Shown piece by piece: positions 63,058 to 64,000 of a DNA stretch of 64,000 nucleotides. A program made the position numbers and the translations under genes. This stretch comes from a virus: the IMG/VR virus record IMGVR_UViG_3300042888_002665; one strand, given 5' to 3'. Each line of letters starts with the position of its first letter. The stretch's first letter is position 1. Under the pieces are notes generated by a model, which saw nothing but the letters and a program-made list of their open reading frames with translations, did not search any database and had not been told where the DNA came from.

Positions 63058-63129
63058 TAGCCCCAACGGGAATCGAACCCGTGACTCATCCGTGAAAGGG
63101 ACGTGACTTAACCGCTTGTCGATAGGGCC
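63058..63129 (-). tRNA. trnE: tRNA-Glu(TTC)
   Basis: GGCCCTA...CGTCC-CTTTCAC-GGATG...CACGGGTTCGATTCCCGT TGGGGCT A. Confidence 0.93.
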
Positions 63130-63136
63130 ATTACTG

Positions 63137-63209
63137 AGCTTCCGGTCGGGGTCGAACCAACGGCCTGCTGATTACAAGTCAGCTGCTCTACCATCTGAGC
63201 TACGGAAGC
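63137..63209 (-). tRNA. trnT: tRNA-Thr(TGT)
   Basis: GCTTCCG TAGCTCAGATGGTAGAGCA GCTGA-CTTGTAA-TCAGC...GTTGGTTCGACCCCGAC CGGAAGC T. Confidence 0.93.
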
Positions 63210-63213
63210 AATT

Positions 63214-63314
63214 TAGGAAAGTAGAAGATGGGTGCGTGGACATCTACTTTTATGATTGGCATTTCTAACCGATCGTACCCGCCCTTCCTACAGTTAAAGG
63301 ATACATCCCAATCA
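63214..63314. ncRNA. putative multi-pseudoknot RNA between tRNA-Ser and tRNA-Thr
   Basis: Four helices of 6-10 bp in 101 nt (see findings). Confidence 0.4.
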
Positions 63315-63321
63315 ACCTATG

Positions 63322-63406
63322 AGGAGAGTGAGGGATTCGAACCCCCGGTCCTGTTACAGACAATAGTTTTCAAGACTACCTCGTTCGACCGCTCTGACAA
63401 CTCTCC
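63322..63406 (-). tRNA. trnS: tRNA-Ser(TGA)
   Basis: GGAGAGT acceptor, GTAGT-CTTGAAA-ACTAT, long variable arm, GGGGGTTCGAATCCCTC. Confidence 0.92.
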
Positions 63407-63412
63407 TTACAT

Positions 63413-63429
63413 AATAAACATAATCAGGA
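63413..63429 (-). promoter_or_regulatory. phage promoter motif upstream of tRNA-Ser/Thr/Glu
   Basis: TTTCCTGATTATGTTTA, matches consensus TTTCYTWATTAnnTTTA; hairpin AGGAAAT/ATTTCCT at 63426-63444. Confidence 0.6.
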
Positions 63430-63446
63430 AATCTTTTATTTCCTAG

Positions 63447-63521
63447 AGTTGAGTGCTGGATTCGAACCAGCGATTTTGTCGTTTTGCAAACGAGTGCGTT
63501 TGGCCACTCCGCCAACTCAAC
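63447..63521 (-). tRNA. trnC: tRNA-Cys(GCA)
   Basis: GTTGAGT/ACTCAAC + U73, anticodon loop TTGCAAA, GCTGGTTCGAATCCAGC. Confidence 0.9.
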
Positions 63522-63526
63522 TTATG

Positions 63527-63597
63527 CACGTCCTAAAGGATTCGAACCTTTATCATCGCTTTTGGAGAGCGGTATGCTACCATTGCACCAAGGACAT
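63527..63597 (-). tRNA. trnW: tRNA-Trp(CCA)
   Basis: ATGTCCT/AGGACGT + G73, loop CTCCAAA, AAAGGTTCGAATCCTTT. Confidence 0.9.
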
Positions 63598-63601
63598 AAA
63601 T

Positions 63602-63630
63602 AAAAAACCCCTAACTTGTGATTAGGGGCC
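63602..63630 (-). terminator. intrinsic terminator immediately upstream of tRNA-Trp
   Basis: GGCCCCTAA-TCACAAG-TTAGGGG-TTTTTT. Confidence 0.85.
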
Positions 63631-63657
63631 GATTTAATATATTATACGTTATCTATA

Positions 63658-63720
63658 CTATACCCCTATCCTAGCTGTTTCCTGCCAAGTCGAATTACAA
63701 TATGTAGATGTTGTTTTCAT
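63658..63720 (-). CDS. putative attenuator leader peptide MKTTSTYCNSTWQETARIGV (20 aa)
   Basis: ATG 4 nt after a TATATTTAT promoter core (63725-63733); ORF ends over a TAGGGG complementary to the terminator 5' arm. Confidence 0.6.
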   Translation of the reverse strand: MKTTSTYCNSTWQETARIGV

Positions 63721-63740
63721 TTCGTATAAATATATTTACT

Positions 63741-63944
63741 CTAATCTTTCTGTAATTCTTGTTTTAATTTTTCTAGGTATAAAATACCATCCATTAATTC
63801 ATCTTGGGCGTGATTAATCCAATCAACTTTCTCTAAATCAGTACGATCTAAATCAGTACCGTATTTTTGGTTTCCCATACGAGCTCTACGCTCAAATTTA
63901 GCAATAATACTTGCTACTACTGTGTCTACTTTAAATTGATCCAT
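63741..63944 (-). CDS. small all-alpha NTP-pyrophosphohydrolase-like phage protein
   Basis: GNQKYGTDLDRTDL...WINHAQDELMDGILYL. Confidence 0.6.
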   Translation of the reverse strand: MDQFKVDTVVASIIAKFERRARMGNQKYGTDLDRTDLEKVDWINHAQDELMDGILYLEKLKQELQKD

Positions 63945-64000
63945 TGTGTCCTATAACTTGTTCTAATGATTTATAATTCATTTCTTCACCATGATAAAAT

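Noticed and set aside
63214-63314. Theta/HDV-like ribozyme next to tRNA
   Set aside because: No short L3 with CC, no P1.1 GG, and no J4/2 catalytic C in the expected place; kept only as an unclassified structured element.
500-63446. All plus-strand ORF-track calls (e.g. 32573-33130, 39670-40197, 40231-40854, 54154-54723, 59618-59998) and alternative-frame minus ORFs (e.g. 54212-54766)
   Set aside because: They are antisense or frame shadows of well-supported minus-strand genes, with no A-rich start context and no promoter motif on +.
35040-63733. T4 late promoters (TATAAATA)
   Set aside because: The match is on the non-coding strand; read on the coding strand it is the TAnnTTTA core.
1-64000. 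Stop-codon reassignment
   Set aside because: Conserved genes (PolB, GroEL, Glf, FolE) translate full-length in code 11; TAG and TGA both end genes; no suppressor anticodon among the tRNAs.

Overview
A 64-kb slice of a large, AT-rich tailed-phage (jumbo/T4-like-module) genome. Every credible gene is on the minus strand. The host is very probably Bacteroidota: about 30 copies of a TAnnTTTA promoter resemble the Bacteroidota -7 box TAnnTTTG, starts are A-rich with no Shine-Dalgarno, and there are DUF4494, Bacteroidota-type lipoproteins and a TonB-dependent transporter. Layout: (1) 1-16.4 kb, an early/host-takeover-like array of short single-gene cassettes with repeated hairpin-promoter modules, an HNH endonuclease, two metallophosphoesterases, an AAA+ ATPase, DUF932, an origin-like repeat tract and an atypical tRNA-His; (2) 16.4-21.5 kb, GH24 lysozyme, a TonB-dependent receptor + lipoprotein operon and hpt; (3) 25.4-34.8 kb, a glycosyltransferase/methyltransferase island with glf; (4) 35-46 kb, replication and chaperones (PD-(D/E)XK nuclease, clamp loaders, sliding clamp, PolB, GroEL/GroES, Hsp20) plus tRNA(CAT) and a 178-nt tRNA-Asp-like RNA; (5) 46-53.5 kb, a second glycosylation island (GT11, GT25, two GT-B, Gnt1/GT60-like) with folE, a MazG-like hydrolase and a 2OG-Fe(II) oxygenase; (6) 53.5-62.2 kb, a secreted/outer-membrane module (CsgG-like, cohesin-domain, T9SS-CTD-like proteins) with a GH19 endolysin; (7) 63-63.7 kb, five tRNAs preceded by what looks like a leader-peptide transcription attenuator whose codons match the downstream tRNAs. 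That attenuator is my best candidate for an undescribed system. All family calls come from motif recognition by eye, not database searches, and all counts are hand counts.
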